Shown here: in pieces, positions 25,173-40,434 of the stretch
Position numbering within the stretch: the stretch's first letter is position 1
How the letters are laid out: each line of letters opens with the position of its first letter
DNA from: the human T2T-CHM13v2.0 reference genome, Homo sapiens
Assembly: GCF_009914755.1 (NCBI RefSeq)
Contig: NC_060934.1
Strand: one strand, 5' to 3'
DNA length: 64,000 nucleotides
Translations under genes and position numbers: made by a program
Notes under the pieces: generated by a model
Databases searched by the model: none
Seen by the model: only the letters and a program-made list of their open reading frames with translations
What the model was told of the DNA's origin: nothing

Positions 25173-27149
25173 GAACTATATCATAATAGTTGAGTATAAT
25201 GTAAAGCTGGAGTCATGTTATCTTGGTTCCTAATGCCACAGAATAAAAGTTGCATTGATTTCAGGATTCTACAAGGTAGGAAAAAAGCAAGAAGTGTGCT
25301 TTTAATTTTTGGAGAAGTTTTCCATTTGTTTCCGGAGTGAGTGACCATTTTGATACAAGAACAGCATTTCTGTGAGAAAAATGCATACTGTTTTTGACAC
25401 ATTACTGTGAAAGGGAGCCAAACACCTATATAATTGGATCCTTTCACCAAGAGCTCCTTTCTTTAAAGATGTACAACTGGACTGAAATATGATAAGGGGA
25501 CATTTTTCTATCTTCCCTTTTTTGAAAAAAAATAAACGAATGATTATCTGAATGAATGTAGCTGTTCCATCCATTTACAACCACTTCTGTCCATATTTCC
25601 TAACTCTCTACTGAGTCTTACCACACTGAATTTCTCGGTTTTAATTATTAGATTTCTGTTCCTTGTCCCTAGCAGAGAATAGCGCCCTGAAGAAACAGCT
25701 CACTAAAGCAATTGTTTTGATGCTTCAAGGGAAAGAGGGATAGTGAGGAGGGGAAAAAGGAATAAACTAGTTAGAGTGAGAAAAGAAAAATTCTGAGAGG
25801 CCAAAATACAGTTGCTTAAGAAAAGACAGGGAGTGAAAACAATCTTGGTGCATGTCTTATTTATGCCTTGAACTGACCTTGAGAATAGACACCCTAATAT
25901 TAAATCCAATAAGATGTGTTATTAGAAGAAAGTCTTTGTTCACTAAGAAGAATAGCACTATGTAGTGATAAAAGACAGAGGGGATTCATGCAAAGCTAAA
26001 TGATCAAAGAACTCTATACCTGAAAACCTGAACCTAAAATACTTGTGCCCTGTAAGCCAAGAAAGGCCCTTTCATTGCCCTTTTTCCCATGGTGCTTCTC
26101 AAAATCATTATTAGCAAGTTTCCCTGTAAAAATGAAACAGCATGTCTAACAACAATGAAAACCTGGTCTCATAGATGGTTATCATCACACATTTTCTCTG
26201 AATCTGCTGACAAAGATTGCTTTGTAATAAAAAAATCAACATTAATCATTATAATATTTGAGTTGCTCTTATCAAATTTACACATCAGGCAGGACTAGAT
26301 GTTACGTACATGGTTATGTTCAAGTAAGGCATTGCATTTCATTATTTCAATGCATCTCTAGAGAAAGTTCAACTTAAATAAAGCTGTCTAAGCTCCTGAA
26401 AGGCAATGCATCAATTTTTCAAGTCTTAAACAATGGACAAAGATTGTTTCTAAGGAGAGCAGCTAAGGCTCTCATCTTTTAAATGATAGACAGTGTTATA
26501 TCTAAGGAGCAGCTAAAGTACCCTTCCCCTCAAAATACTATGTTTCCCAGTTTAAAAACCCTGGGCTGATGAAAGGGAAATTACCTCTAGTTTTAAATGC
26601 ATACCTTGTTAGGAGACCACTATCTTAAGCACATGTAGAACCTAAAAGTAATGATAATACACTATGCCAAACCACAATTATTCTCTTCCTCATGTTTTTA
26701 ATTAAATGTATTGCCTGGCAAGCTTCCTACTGAATGCCAAACAAAATACACATTTTACAAATGAGTCTATATCATGCCAAACTTCAAGAGGATTCTACAA
26801 TTACTGAAACTATGATAAATTTTTAAAATTCTCAGCCTGAAATGTACTATGTAATGAAGGCTTTTTAAATTGGGAAATATATTCAAACGTTGTTTGCTGC
26901 CTTCATTTCCATAATGGGTTCTTGGGATCTCCTGTCAGCAAATAGCATCTTAAATTATTGCATTGGATCCTACAGAAAAAGACCTAGAGAAGAAAGGGTT
27001 AGAGATTGAAAATATTTTAAAGAAACCAGAGGCCAGAAGTCTTTAATAAACAGTGGTTACAATAATAATCAAAAAAAAAAAAAAGCAGATCAGACTCTGA
27101 AGTAGAGGGCCTGCCACTAGCTGAGGTAGTGCATAAGTTAATTAGCCAT

Positions 27150-27220
27150 TCCATTTTTATACATACTTCAAAACATTATCTCGTACACAATAAATATATA
27201 CATTTTGTCAATTAAAGAAA
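27150..27220 (+). mobile_element. Tiny L1MA 3'-terminal fragment next to a MIR remnant (about 27085-27150)
   Basis: catacttcaaaacattatctcgtacacaataaatatatacattttgtcaattaaa. Confidence 0.55.
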
Positions 27221-27824
27221 GTAAAATGTAATAAAGATAATTTTAAAACATTATGGGTTAGAAAGTATAATGAAAAAGGCTATAATAACCCAGTGATGGT
27301 AATACCATGGACATTTTATTCAGATAAGTGAAAGGAATATCTTTGAAAATTTATTGGCTTGGCACAAACCTGCCAGTCATTTCTGACACTGCCTCATCCT
27401 TGACTCTCTTTCCTATCCCTGACCTCATCTCATTTCTGGCATTCATTCTCCTTCCTCCTTTCTCTTTTGATTAAAACGAGAAAGAAGAAGATGGTACAGG
27501 TGATCAGAAACAGGTCAATTAACTAGGGCTATGGCTTAAAAACAAAAAATACCAAATGTTTTCATAGAGTCATTTTGTCTTTTTAAGGACAGTGAATATC
27601 TATGAAATGATTTGGTAGTTTCTGCTATTGTGTGAAAACAAAACAGAAAGTTTAATTATATTATTTATATTTTTATTCCCTAAATCGTTGAAAACATAAT
27701 AGTATTAAAGATCAAAAACTTCCTCCTTAATCCTTTTTTTCTTTGATGTTTATATAGAATAAGTCCCATAACATAGCGGTTGATTTTATAGATGAAAACA
27801 ATAATAGCATATATTTTCTTCTGT

Positions 27825-28072
27825 AATTAAGAGTTAGCACATTCAGCATTTTCTGTTTGCCAGACACTATACTATACACACACTAATTTTATCAGTATAA
27901 TAATCATTAAGTTTATAGCACTCTTGTGCTTGTTTTGCAGATGAGCAAACTGACGAACAGACAAGTTAAACGTAGCTTGACCAAGTTTCACAGGTAGTAA
28001 ATATTGGAGATGGGATTTGAACTCAGGGAATGTGGCTACAGAGTCCACTTTTAACAACTATGCTATGTTGCC
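27825..28072 (-). mobile_element. MIR
   Basis: ttttgcagatgagcaaactga...gggatttgaactcagg...ttaacaactatgctatg. Confidence 0.8.
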
Positions 28073-28589
28073 TCCCATAAAACATATCGAGTTAAAAATT
28101 AAAATATTAGAAGATCACCTTAGCCATTGATGGGCATTACCATGAATGCAACAGATTGAAGACCAGGGTTAAATATAGGTGATGGGTAGTTGGGAGGCCC
28201 ACCAACAGTGACTTCATCACACATAGCAGCCTCAAGGAATACAGCCTAAATCTCTGTCCCAGTAAAATAAAAAATATATATATATACTACATTGCATAGA
28301 TTTCGGGGGTCATGACAAGTGATTGAAATGGCCCCAGTAGCCTACAGTCCTGGGGTTTCTTTCTTGAGATATTATTACTTCTTTCTGTCTCTTATTCCCA
28401 TTACCCTTCCTCCCTCTCTCCTTCTCCCTGGCTTCTGAACACTACACTGAAACTCAGCCATTCCATGTGCCATGCTACATGGGAGATTGCACTTTGATGT
28501 TTTCTTTTTTATAATATAGCAAATGGAACTTTTATCTGAGAGTCTTAGCTTTAGATATAATCATTTTATTTCTAACATTCAAATTTAGT

Positions 28590-28810
28590 GCTGTGATAAA
28601 GTAGATTGAAATGAATACAGACTTGAAAAATAAGTTTTGTCTGCATCCCAGGACTGCCACTGATTAGCCATGTAGTCTTCACTAGTTGACTTTGCTGATC
28701 TGAGCTTATTTTCTCTTAATTAAAATAAAACTGTGGCATTTGTCACATGGTAAGGAATAGAAAATCAAATGTTTTACACAACATTTGACACATAGCAGAT
28801 GTTCATCAAA
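28590..28810 (+). mobile_element. MIR (degraded)
   Basis: catcccaggactgccactgattagccatgtagtcttc...tgacacatagcagatgttca. Confidence 0.55.
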
Positions 28811-29634
28811 TGTCATTTTTTCTTTCCTTCTCCTTTTACAAATAATTATATTTTATAAAAATCTACCTTTTCATTTTATTTACTTATTTTTTACTGTTCT
28901 TAAGGTGCATCAGCACCTTTTCACTTTTTTAAATTCCAAAATTACAATACTTGCCAGATAACATCAACTGAATGGATTATATTGAGTTCCTTCTTACACC
29001 TGCTGACAGTAGTACTTTGCAAGTCTTGTCCATATATTCTTTTAGTGAGAAAAAAGGAATATAAAATATATACACACATAAACTCTCTCTGTGTGTAGTT
29101 GTTATCGTTTAAAGTTGTTATTTAACTCCTAATACAGAATTTATTTACTCTTAGTGACAGATATTTGTGGTAGTATAACTTCCTAGGATTATATAAATTA
29201 GCTCTACAAGAATAGAGCTGAATTACAAGAGTAGGGGAATTCTACTACCAGAATTCCCTTACTTATAATTCTGTATTAGATAAAAAAGAAAAAAAGTAGT
29301 TATCATGGAAGCAACCAAAAATGATAAGTTGAAAAGAGATATAGACTCAAGCAAGGACACACTGTTCTTCTACTATTCAAACATGAAACTTTAATTTGGC
29401 AAATTTCTCCCTCTGGGTGTTACTTTCTCTTGTAAAGTGTCATTCCAAAGTTTTGAGGACCCTATAAAAGTCCTTGGAAAATCAGCTAATGAATACTCAG
29501 CTAGCAATCATCTTGAGTAATTAGTATCCTGAAGAACTTTTGGGATTCAAGTCTGAAAAAGGAATTGCTCCATGAAAGAGGGAAAATGTTTGTCTGGCAT
29601 TGTATATATTAGTCTCCTTTCTATTTCTCTTGTT

Positions 29635-30055
29635 CCATATTATTCAGAGTAGCCTAACTGCTATTATAATATCAAAATGTCTTAGTAGCTTAACACAATA
29701 AATTTCATTCCACTCTCACATGATAGTCCAGGCGAATTGTGGGTGGTGGGCTATGTACCACATAGTTTTTCAAGGACCTAGGTACCCTCGATCTACAAGA
29801 TATCCTGTCCCCTAAGGCTCCAGAACCCTCTGCACAAGTCATTGCATCCAGATATCCAACAACAGAAAGGAATGAGAATAGATCTCATAGGAGACTTCTG
29901 GGGTCAGGACAGAAATTGACACACTTCACTCCCACCCATATTCCAGAAATGAGATACAAAGGCTCATGTAACTGCAAAGAAAGCTGGGAAATGTATTCTA
30001 TTCCGTTCGGGAAAGAAAAGAAAACAAGGTTTTGTGAACTCACAGCATTGCCTTT
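29635..30055 (-). mobile_element. Old MaLR LTR (MLT1J/K-like)
   Basis: tagtagcttaacacaataaattt...caaggacctagg...aactgcaaagaaagctgggaaatgta. Confidence 0.65.
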
Positions 30056-30446
30056 GCACATGATCCCAGGGGTGCTAAAATCCTATATTTTATTTTATTT
30101 TCATTTCAGCAACAAAAGGCTGTGTTCCTTGTGAAAGGAAATTTTGTATGTCATCAAGTAGATGGGAAAAATTGAGAAAGAACTGAGGCACTTCACTAAT
30201 ACAGCTGTAATTACATGACATATACTCTGCCTGGGCACAAGACCAATTTTATTTCCTATTTTGAAATTGTCACCATCTAGAGGATCTATTATTAAAAACA
30301 AAAATTACATGAATTCTACTTTGTGCACAATAATAGTGTTTCATATTCAATGTTGCATTTGCTTATGAAACAAGGATAGAGTGTATTTTCAAGATATTTT
30401 AGGAGATCAACCTGGGAGAATACTTTATTACTATTGCCATTGCTGC

Positions 30447-30502
30447 TGGTGGCGGTGGTGGTGGTGGTGGTGGTGTGTGTGTGTGTGTGTGGAGAGAGAG
30501 AG
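30447..30502. repeat. Compound (GGT)n(GT)n(GA)n microsatellite
   Basis: Read directly from the sequence. Confidence 0.9.
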
Positions 30503-30986
30503 AAGAAATTCCCTTCCTCAAATTCACTACTACTTTTCTAAAGAAATCCTAGGCACAATTTTATTTTCTGTTCTTCGGTCCTCAAATACCTCAATTTACC
30601 CTTTACCTGTTAGTGTTGTAACAAATCCTAGACAGATTATAGAATTCATAGAAGAATTTCATGGAGAGGGAAAAATCCCAAGAAAAAACACAAAACCCAT
30701 AGGTGAAATCAAAGGTAGAATTAGAATGAAGAATTTCTTTGGCAAAGTTTGTTTTTTGTTATATTGTGGGCAAAATAGAGATCAGTAAACCAAATAATTT
30801 TGATTTTTGTCTTTAGTAAAACAGACTATTTTCTCCAGGACTTTATAAGTCTGAAGATTTAATATTTTTTTGTGTGATTTTGTACTGAAAACATAACATA
30901 ATAACAAACATTATTGTGTTATTATGTGCTTACAATGTTCCAGGCACTGCTGCAATTGCTTACTTTTCTTACTCACTTCTCATACC

Positions 30987-31109
30987 CAGCACTGCTGCAT
31001 AGAACTGCACACCTTTTGCACTACACACATTTAAGGGCAGCCATTCACAGCATGGACATGCCCATAATTGCGCACATCACATCATATGCTGCTTCGCATG
31101 CCCACTCTG
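30987..31109. mobile_element. Probable MER91-like (hAT-Tip100) MITE nested in a minus-strand MIR (about 30900-31160)
   Basis: cagcactgctgcatagaactgcacaccttttgcactacac...gggcagccattcaca...ctg resembles MER91; the flanks (gttccaggcactgctgc, tattatctttgtcctataaacaagaaaacaga) are MIR-like. Confidence 0.5.
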
Positions 31110-32004
31110 TTCCTAAAATCTATTATCTTTGTCCTATAAACAAGAAAACAGAATTTTAGACGCTCAACACTCCTTAACTTTTCTCCAACATATAAGAATA
31201 CAGGTCAGTTTCAAATGAATAGCAAGGAGTTTAAATCCATGTTTTCAGAGCCAATTAAAAATAAATCTTGCAGTGAAAGCATCATCATAGGTTTTATGTC
31301 AGTATGCATCTTAAAGCACTGAAATTCGACGGGTACCTCAGAATCAGTGGAATGTTTTATATATTGCAAAGAAATATACAGAAACAAGATATTCCCAGCC
31401 GTTGTTCTAAGTGGGTCTGATTAAAACATTATTCTCTGTCTACCTGAACCAATCCCAAGGATTATAAAATAAATAGCCCCTTCTTTGGTTGAATTTCTTT
31501 CATCAGAAATCTGGCATGTATCTTTTTCTTTTCCTTTTTTTCCCATCTACTTGGGTCTGAAAAGAGATAGATCTAAGGGGGGGAATTACTATGGTTTTCT
31601 CCCCCAGTTGGACTTTTGGTTCATAGAGACATGTAACCTAGTTGTGGGGGTCCATGATCGACCATCCGATGTTCCCTAGAACCAACAAAAGTAGCCATTA
31701 ATGTTAGCTGAGAAACTTTACCCTAGTGAAAATTGTGGTTTCTAGGTAGAAGTTCTTCTAAGGACTTCAGCCTATTTTGTGACTAAGTTTGTTTTCTATA
31801 ACATCTAAAGAGCACAGCTGTCTAAGAAACACTGCCACTCTTCTCTGCTCTTTCTTCCAATGGCAATGAAATTCTTGCATCACCCTAAGGAGAAAACTAG
31901 AGTTGGTAGTTGAATGCATTTTAATTCTTACAGTTCCCTCTGTAACTCATGACTGGCATCACTCCTGTATTACTTGTTCCACTAATTTTTCTTCATGCAA
32001 TTCT

Positions 32005-32429
32005 TGCATTAGTTTCTTATCGCTGCTGTAACAAATATTAACCAATTTGTTGACAATACACATTTATTATTTTATATTTCTGGAACTGGGAAGTCCAAAG
32101 TAAGTTTCACTAGGCTAAAGGGAAGGTGTCAGCAGGGCTGGTTCCTTCTGGAGGCTCTGAGAGGAGAATCCATTCTCTCACCATTTTCAGCTTCTAGAAG
32201 CTGCCTGTATTCCTTGGCTTGTGGATTTTTCTTTCATCTCCAAAGGATATCACTAAAAGGTATGCTTCTGTTATCACACTTATGTCCTTCTCCTTTCTGT
32301 TCTCCTGTGCTCTTGAAAAGACTCCTATAATATCATTGGACCAACACAGATGATTTACAATAATCTCTCCTCACAGGTTTTGGGAATTTGAAGGTGGACA
32401 TCGTGGAGAGCCATTATTTAGCCTACACA
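32005..32429 (-). mobile_element. MaLR solo LTR (MLT1C/D-like)
   Basis: TG...CA termini; gctgctgtaacaaat, aaggtgtcagcagggctggttccttctggaggctctg, ccattatttagcctacaca. Confidence 0.85.
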
Positions 32430-33134
32430 GCCCTCAGGAGTCACTACCAAGTAGTCAGAATCAGCTCCTATGATGAAGCTATTGATTTTCCTGCATTTAA
32501 ATCAAAGCAGTCAGTTGGGATAAATTGACGGTGTTATGGTGATTATTTCTCTAGATTGCCAGTTATTTTTTAACATGACCTATATTATTCCAACTTCCAG
32601 TGAAAGGGTCAGGTTCTTGGTTCTTAATTATTTGCTAGCTGTATGCTCCTTTACTTACAATTCATATCGAAGGTGGGTGGCCTGGAAAAATTTGGAGACC
32701 TGAGAGAACCAGAATTACCTGGGAAGACACTTTATGTGTCTGGTGCTACTCTCCTTCCCCAATACACTACATATTAAGTTTAACCTGCCTTTTCCCTCTC
32801 CTGGTGTTACACATTATATAAATACTCCTTGAAAGCACATAAGGCTCTGGCGTGGGGCAAAAGGAAGAAGGAAACCTCTTCTAGGGTAGATGAGAACATT
32901 TTTTTTTCAGGTGATTATTATATATACTAATTTCCTCTTTGACACCCATGGACCTTGAAAACCCTAGTACATGTTTTCATAAGACATTCAAATACTATAT
33001 AAATACTGCATACTTAAAGGCATCACTTAGGGATGACATTATAGTTAAAACTACTTAGTAATCCCCTTTATTGAAACTGTGAGATGTGGTATAAACTTCT
33101 CAGTGGTGCCTTTCCAGACTCATATGAGTAGTAA

Positions 33135-33455
<321 letters not shown>

Positions 33456-34459
33456 GCAAAGCCATTTTTATCTTCCCTTGTACATGGGAAAGTTACCCCT
33501 GCAATGTCCTCCTCACCAACACCCCCCCACACCCAACAAACCAAAAGACTAAAAGTCATTATTCGTTGACACCCTCTCTGGACACAATGGGAAATCTGTA
33601 CTCAGCACCAACATTTGAAAACAGGTCTTTTCTTGCCTTCCACACATTACTTCTCTGAGTGTGCACATTAATCAAAGCCAATGTACTGTAAATACCATCA
33701 CACTCTCTGACTGTGAGAGTCCCTCTTTTTCCTGTTGGCAGTGGCCTCAGCATTAATCATGCACATGATTCTTACAGAGCCTGGGCATTTTTTCCAGCTT
33801 CGCTTTAAACCACCGTGATATACTGGCTGCCCCTGCTCCTTTCATATCAGACCAAATTTTATAAGCTCAGAAAATAATCGCATTCAATTTAGGAAAATAA
33901 TATAATTTAGCCATTATTAGTTAGCATCTGACCTTCTTAAAGCCTACTGACTCACTTCTTATTCTGGTCATGGCATAATATTATTCTAAGGTCCAGATGA
34001 AGAAACACACAAAGGTGAAAGAGCCACTAACTTAGTCAAGACCAATCACAGCTAATAGATTCAGTACAGAGTTAGTTCAAGGGTCTGCCTTGCCACCAGT
34101 CTCAGGCCTTGTTGTTGTTTCTGAGATGACAAGACCTTTGGCAGCTGATCTTTGGCATGCCCCCCGCACCCCCACCATTCTAGTCTAGTACAGCTATAGG
34201 TCATTAAATTTTAGGACACCGTAAAGCTTACTATTTTCAATCAGCTTATTCAGACTGAGTATGACTTGAGACATACTGAGTTATGCAGCTAGTTTTCATG
34301 TTAATGTGTCATTTTTGCTGCTCTCAATTGATTTACATGCTTTATTGAATTACGATATTGTGCAGTGACCCAAAGTCAATTTTTAAAGGGTACAATTTAA
34401 AAATTTGAAATAATCAGCCTTAGTTCAGACGTATACATTATTTAAAATTTTTTTTCTCT

Positions 34460-34556
34460 CCATCAGATTATTTGATCACACAGGTATTAAGCCTAGTACC
34501 CATTAGTTATTTTTCCTGATCCTCTTCCTCCTCCCACCATCCACCCTTCATGAGGC
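34460..34556 (-). mobile_element. Short L1PA (older, PA11-15-like) 3' UTR fragment
   Basis: cagattatttgatcacacaggtattaagcctagtacccattagttatttttcctgatcctc. Confidence 0.8.
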
Positions 34557-34847
34557 CTAACATCCCATTATTTATCTATTGCAAAATGATACAACATAAT
34601 GCCTCTTCAATTAACAAATGTTAAAGCAAAATCACCATAATACGGTAGTTATTCGGCATCATGTGCCCCTGTGAGTGATCCTCCTTCTCATGTGGATGTG
34701 TCCTTGCCTTAAAAAAATTTGTGCCTCAGGAAAAAATAGACTAACACCATACTTAAATATTTGGACCTGGCTTTATATTAGGTAGCTCCATCTGGAGGGT
34801 CTTATATTGGTGTCATTCTGAAAGGAGTATAAGCCAGGCTTTTAGAT

Positions 34848-35059
34848 CCTCCCTCCCTCCCTCCCTCCCTTTCTTCCTCCCTACCTTCCTTTCCTCCTCC
34901 CTTCCTTCCTCTCTCCCACCCTTCCTTTCCCCCTCCCTCCCTCCCTCTCTTCCTTCCTTTCCTCCCTTCCTCCCTTCCTTCCTCCCTCGCTCCCTCCCTT
35001 TCTTCCTTCCTTTCCTCCTCCCTCCCTCCCTTCCTTCCTACTTCCCCTCCTTCCTTCCT
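34848..35059. repeat. About 210-bp (CCTT/CCCT)n polypyrimidine tract
   Basis: Almost pure C/T on the plus strand. Confidence 0.95.
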
Positions 35060-35998
35060 GGAAGGTGTGCGTGCTGTGCTGCTGCCCCAGCAGTGTGCCT
35101 TAAGTCACAGTGCCAGGATGTATTAGGCCACAGCCTTTTTCTACAACAGATCTATTTCATTTAAGGTCTGCCAGTTGTCTTTCTGAAAATAGGCCTCAAC
35201 GTTTTCCCCAAATACTCTTGAAAACCATCTGATGACATTTGAGCATATTGAACCGGGCTGAGAAGGCTGCCTTTCTCTACTGCCTAGAACTGCTCCCCAA
35301 ACTCTAGTGTTTCTTTTTTGAAGACAATCACTGAAACATGAGATACTGGGTCTCAATTAAGTGGGGTTATTTAGGAAGAAAAGAATAGAAAATGAGAAAC
35401 CAACAGCCACGTGACAGGGAGGTTACTCTGAATATAATTCAAATCCTTTGCAGCTTTCAGGAGGAAACTCATAGAATATATTTTGGTGGCTTACACACTG
35501 GTGCTGAATAACTTCTTTGCCACTTAATTGGAAAAAAATATGACATTTTCCCAGAAGACTGAAATCATTAAGACTGTGCCTGTTCCATGGGATCAGTTCC
35601 AAGAAGTCTAATATGTTTACGCCAGGAGCTGGCATCCGAAAGGCGTCCCTCTTCACATTGAGCTTTTGGTGTCTTAAATGGCAAAACATTGATAGCTTCA
35701 GCCAAATAGGTTGCTTTGGGGCTTCTATTTTATTCTCTGTCCAGAATAGAGCCTTTACATGCTTTATCTTCATTCTCTATACGTCTATGTTTCTTTATGT
35801 TATACCTGCATTATCATGCTACTAAGTTATGTATAAGATGTATACAGAAATATACATTTTAAAGAGATCAAGTAAAGATAAAAGAAACTATTTTAAATAT
35901 CTTGCTAATGATAATGTCATAAAAAACAATCTCAAGATGCAATATTCCCTCAGGAGAAATTTGTGAATGAGTATTAGAGGATGCAAATCTGTACTTCA

Positions 35999-36290
<292 letters not shown>

Positions 36291-36899
36291 AATTCTGTAC
36301 TTCACGTAGTCTTCTTGATAACTAATTTTACTGGCCTAGTTCTTTTCAGTTTTGACTGGATAATCACTGATTTTATTTTGCAATGTTGCTGACCATCATC
36401 TCTACTAAGATTAAGAGAAGTGCCAATTCTGACATCTTGTTCTGTTTGGGCTTCCCTTTTAATTATCCTTAATCCATAGTTTATTTTATAAAAAAATTAA
36501 AACAATGGGTCGCACTTAAGGAGGGTTATAAATCCAGGTATCTTTGATTGTGATAATGTTGAAAGCTACAGAACAAGTGACAGCACCACAGACAACCCTT
36601 TAATAAAGCTCTCTTGTCTGGGATATACACTAAAGGAGAGTGTCAATGCCAATCATACATTAAATCCTGGGAAGGCTACAATGTTTACGTTTTAGATAAC
36701 AAATTTAAAGAAACTTTCTAATATTTTCTTTTCACTCTCGAAAAGAACATCTTATAGCCATTTTGAAGACTAATATTTAAAGCCATAACTCCAATGTTAT
36801 TTTTTCCAGATTATATTTCCTGTTGCCCAAAGCAGGGTAGAAACCTTTGATTTCTCTCAACATATCTCTCATCTTACCCATACCTCTTTTGAGATTGTC

Positions 36900-37100
36900 A
36901 CCCCTTTCTACCTCATGGTTATGTATATAGATATCTTAGTTCTTGAACAAGATTGTAAGCATGTTGAAGGCATGGTCCATGGCTGACTCATGCTCGGTTT
37001 TCCCAGAGAATCTGGAGACACAACAGTAGAGAGACAAGCCATGGTCTTACATATCACAGTTCTTCCAAAAATATACGTGTCGAGAGATGAATTAATCAAT
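36900..37100 (+). mobile_element. L2 3' end fragment
   Basis: agattgtaagcatgttgaaggcatggtccatggctgactc. Confidence 0.55.
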
Positions 37101-38394
37101 TCCTTTATCTGAGTTGCAAATAAGCTTCATGGTTTTGAGTTTTATTTTGTATGCTTGGTTCTATTAGGTATTTCCAAACAAAAGATTATGAGAAAGCATG
37201 TAGAGAAAAGATGGAAGGAAGAAAAAGGTATTCATTTTTTTGAAGGTTCAAAATAAAGGTGACATTCATAATGGATAATCATTTTTGAAACCAAAATAGG
37301 CAGTGAATGATTATCCGAAAACATTGTTCATTCTAAAATTGTTAGCATGCATCTACTTTCAACATGTTACTATCATCTACAATGTAGCCTCCTTTCCCTT
37401 GGCTAAATCAGTTCCAAATAGAAACTGTCAATGACCATAAGGACATATTTTTATTGCTCCTCATTTCAGATGCTGGATATTAGAGAAGGAAGTAGTATGT
37501 AAGTTAAAGAATAACTAAAAAGTAGTTTATTCCTGTGAGCACAGATGCTATAGTAAAGACAAAAAGAATTATTTTTAGGGGCTTTTTAGACCAACAAAAA
37601 ACAAAAGGAGAAAGAGGAATTCAAATTGAAAACTGGAAAACATTGTTACAAATAATGATAATAATAAAAGATCTAAAGAACAAAAGAGCAGCTTATTTTC
37701 AAACATAGCTATTATTTTAGAAACATGGAAAATAATAGCTGAAGGGCTGGGAATTGTAGGTTCTACTCTGTCTTCTAAGAGCTGAGTTTGGGCATCTTTT
37801 ATAGCAACCAATTTTCCATACACTCAGATGGCTCCCAAGGATCACTGAATTGAGATGTATGATTTAATTTTCCTTTCAAAGATTATGTTCAGATTATTAT
37901 GCCACGCACATGATAACTAATTGTAGGGAAAGTGTGTCAGGCCAGGCTTGGTGAAAACTGCAGAGGTTTCAGCTGTGACACACTGTACAAAATGTAAGCA
38001 TTCAGTCAAGTCATATGCATTGCAAGGCCACCACTACCAGAAGGTGGTCTTCTACTAGAGTTTGGGTCTTGAAAACTAGAATGCATGTCAACCAACTAAG
38101 AAGAGATTCTTAGTAGGCATAAGCCTATGTTCTTGCTGCGGTTTCTACTTTAGCAATGAATAGGTTAATGTCACCCTGTCTCTGGCATTTGTAGTCACCC
38201 ATTTCCATGGGATGACACCTCATTCTGGCTAATCTTGTGTTGATTTGAAACACAGAATCCTACCTCATCCCTCACTTGACCTAGTCTATTGCTTTGAAAT
38301 GAATGAAGTCTTAATTTAGAGATTTCAGCCTATCTGTGGTCACCATAGATGCCACTCGCAATTCCCCTCCAATGCAATTATTTCTCTTTTGTGG

Positions 38395-38556
38395 GTTCTA
38401 CTCCCTTTTCTCTTCCTCCCTCTTGGCCACATTCTCCTCCTGTGACCTCATCTTGTATATTTTATCTTCTCTTTCTCTTTCTTTTCTCACTCTTGTTTCT
38501 TTTTTATTCTTTGTCTCTTCTCTTTCTCTTCTCCCTTACTCCCTTCTATTCTCCTG
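38395..38556. repeat. CT-rich low-complexity region
   Basis: ttcttctctttctctttcttttctc-type tracts. Confidence 0.75.
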
Positions 38557-38674
38557 CTAGTTAAAACCAGAGACACTTGTTACTCTTACATGTGAATTGG
38601 AGAGGTTTCTGCTCCTGGGTTTCACAGAAGTTTTAATGCTACCCATACTGGTAAGTTTTAATTGTATGGCATTT

Positions 38675-38890
38675 TACAACCTAAACAAATTTCCCACATA
38701 TATTGCATTTTTTATATACATAGCAAGTCTGGAGTATAGGAATGGCAGAGATTATTAGCCCCAATTACAAAAAAAAATTGATGTGCATGCAAGATTGTGC
38801 CTTGACCAAGTTCATACTGTCAGAAATGTGTAGAGTAGGGGTCAATCAAGCCTGGCACTTCTAATTCTTGTCCCATATTTATACTATTCC
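38675..38890 (-). mobile_element. MIR (degraded)
   Basis: attattagccccaattacaaaa...ccttgaccaagttcatactgtcagaaatg. Confidence 0.55.
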
Positions 38891-39199
38891 AGTTTGCCAG
38901 TTTCATTTATTCTCTTAAGGGCCAAAAATCGACACACAGCAACTCTCTTTCTCTTGTTTTAATTGTAAAAGAGTCTAGTTTACCAAGACACTTTAGAAAA
39001 AGTGATATCACTTCCATGAAGGGTTTTAATTCACCCATACAATTAACAGTTGTTAATTTGTTATGCGTGTGGCACTTTGCTATGCTGTATGATGGATAAA
39101 AACAAGAATAAGGCTGGGGCCCTGCTGTCTGCAACATAGAATGACTGGATGAAAATGACACCCCAGTGGAAAGACCATTTTGGGAACAGACTCTTTTCC

Positions 39200-39555
39200 C
39201 TATTAGATCTTAAGCTTCATGGATGCAAAATAAAATGTGGCTTATTCACCCACGTATTTGTTTATTAATTTATTCATTAAATTTATTTATAGTGCACTTT
39301 TACCATAGACCAGGAGTTTTCCTAGGCATTTGTATCCATAAGGCTTGAAATCAAATAGGGAAAAGAGTAAAGTTAAAAAAACAAATGAACATGTAAACAA
39401 ATAAATAGTAATAAGGTAGTTTCAGATGCTAATAGATGTAAGGTGAAAATAAAACTGGGTCATATGATAAAATACTTGTTGGTGTGGGGAGAATATTAGT
39501 TGAAGGAAAGAATAATGTCTGAATCAAGCTTGGAATTGAAAGAAGAAGTTATGTA
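39200..39555. mobile_element. L2 fragments
   Basis: attagatcttaagcttcatggatgca; ttattcattaaatttatttatagtgcacttttaccatagaccagg. Confidence 0.5.
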
Positions 39556-39849
39556 CTAACAGTAAGTGAACATGAATGACAAAAAAGACAACTGTTACAT
39601 TTAAAGTCCAGTTGGGGTTTTAAAAATCTGACCCACAGAGATTTCCCAAAGGAGCTAATTTCTCTCTTCAATAAGTACCATAAACCATACATAATTATAT
39701 TAAAAGATAAAACTAAGTAAAATGAGACAACTGCATAAAAAATACATAATCATAGATAATCAGAGTGGGCATGAATCATGATATTTCACAATCACAAATG
39801 CCTTTGACCTATACCATTATAGAAACTAATAGTTGAATGGAAACTTGAT

Positions 39850-40434
<585 letters not shown>

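Noticed and set aside
30381-30788. 135-aa ORF with poly-Trp and CV repeats
   Set aside because: Translation of (GGT)n(GT)n(GA)n microsatellites; GTG start; no homology recognised.
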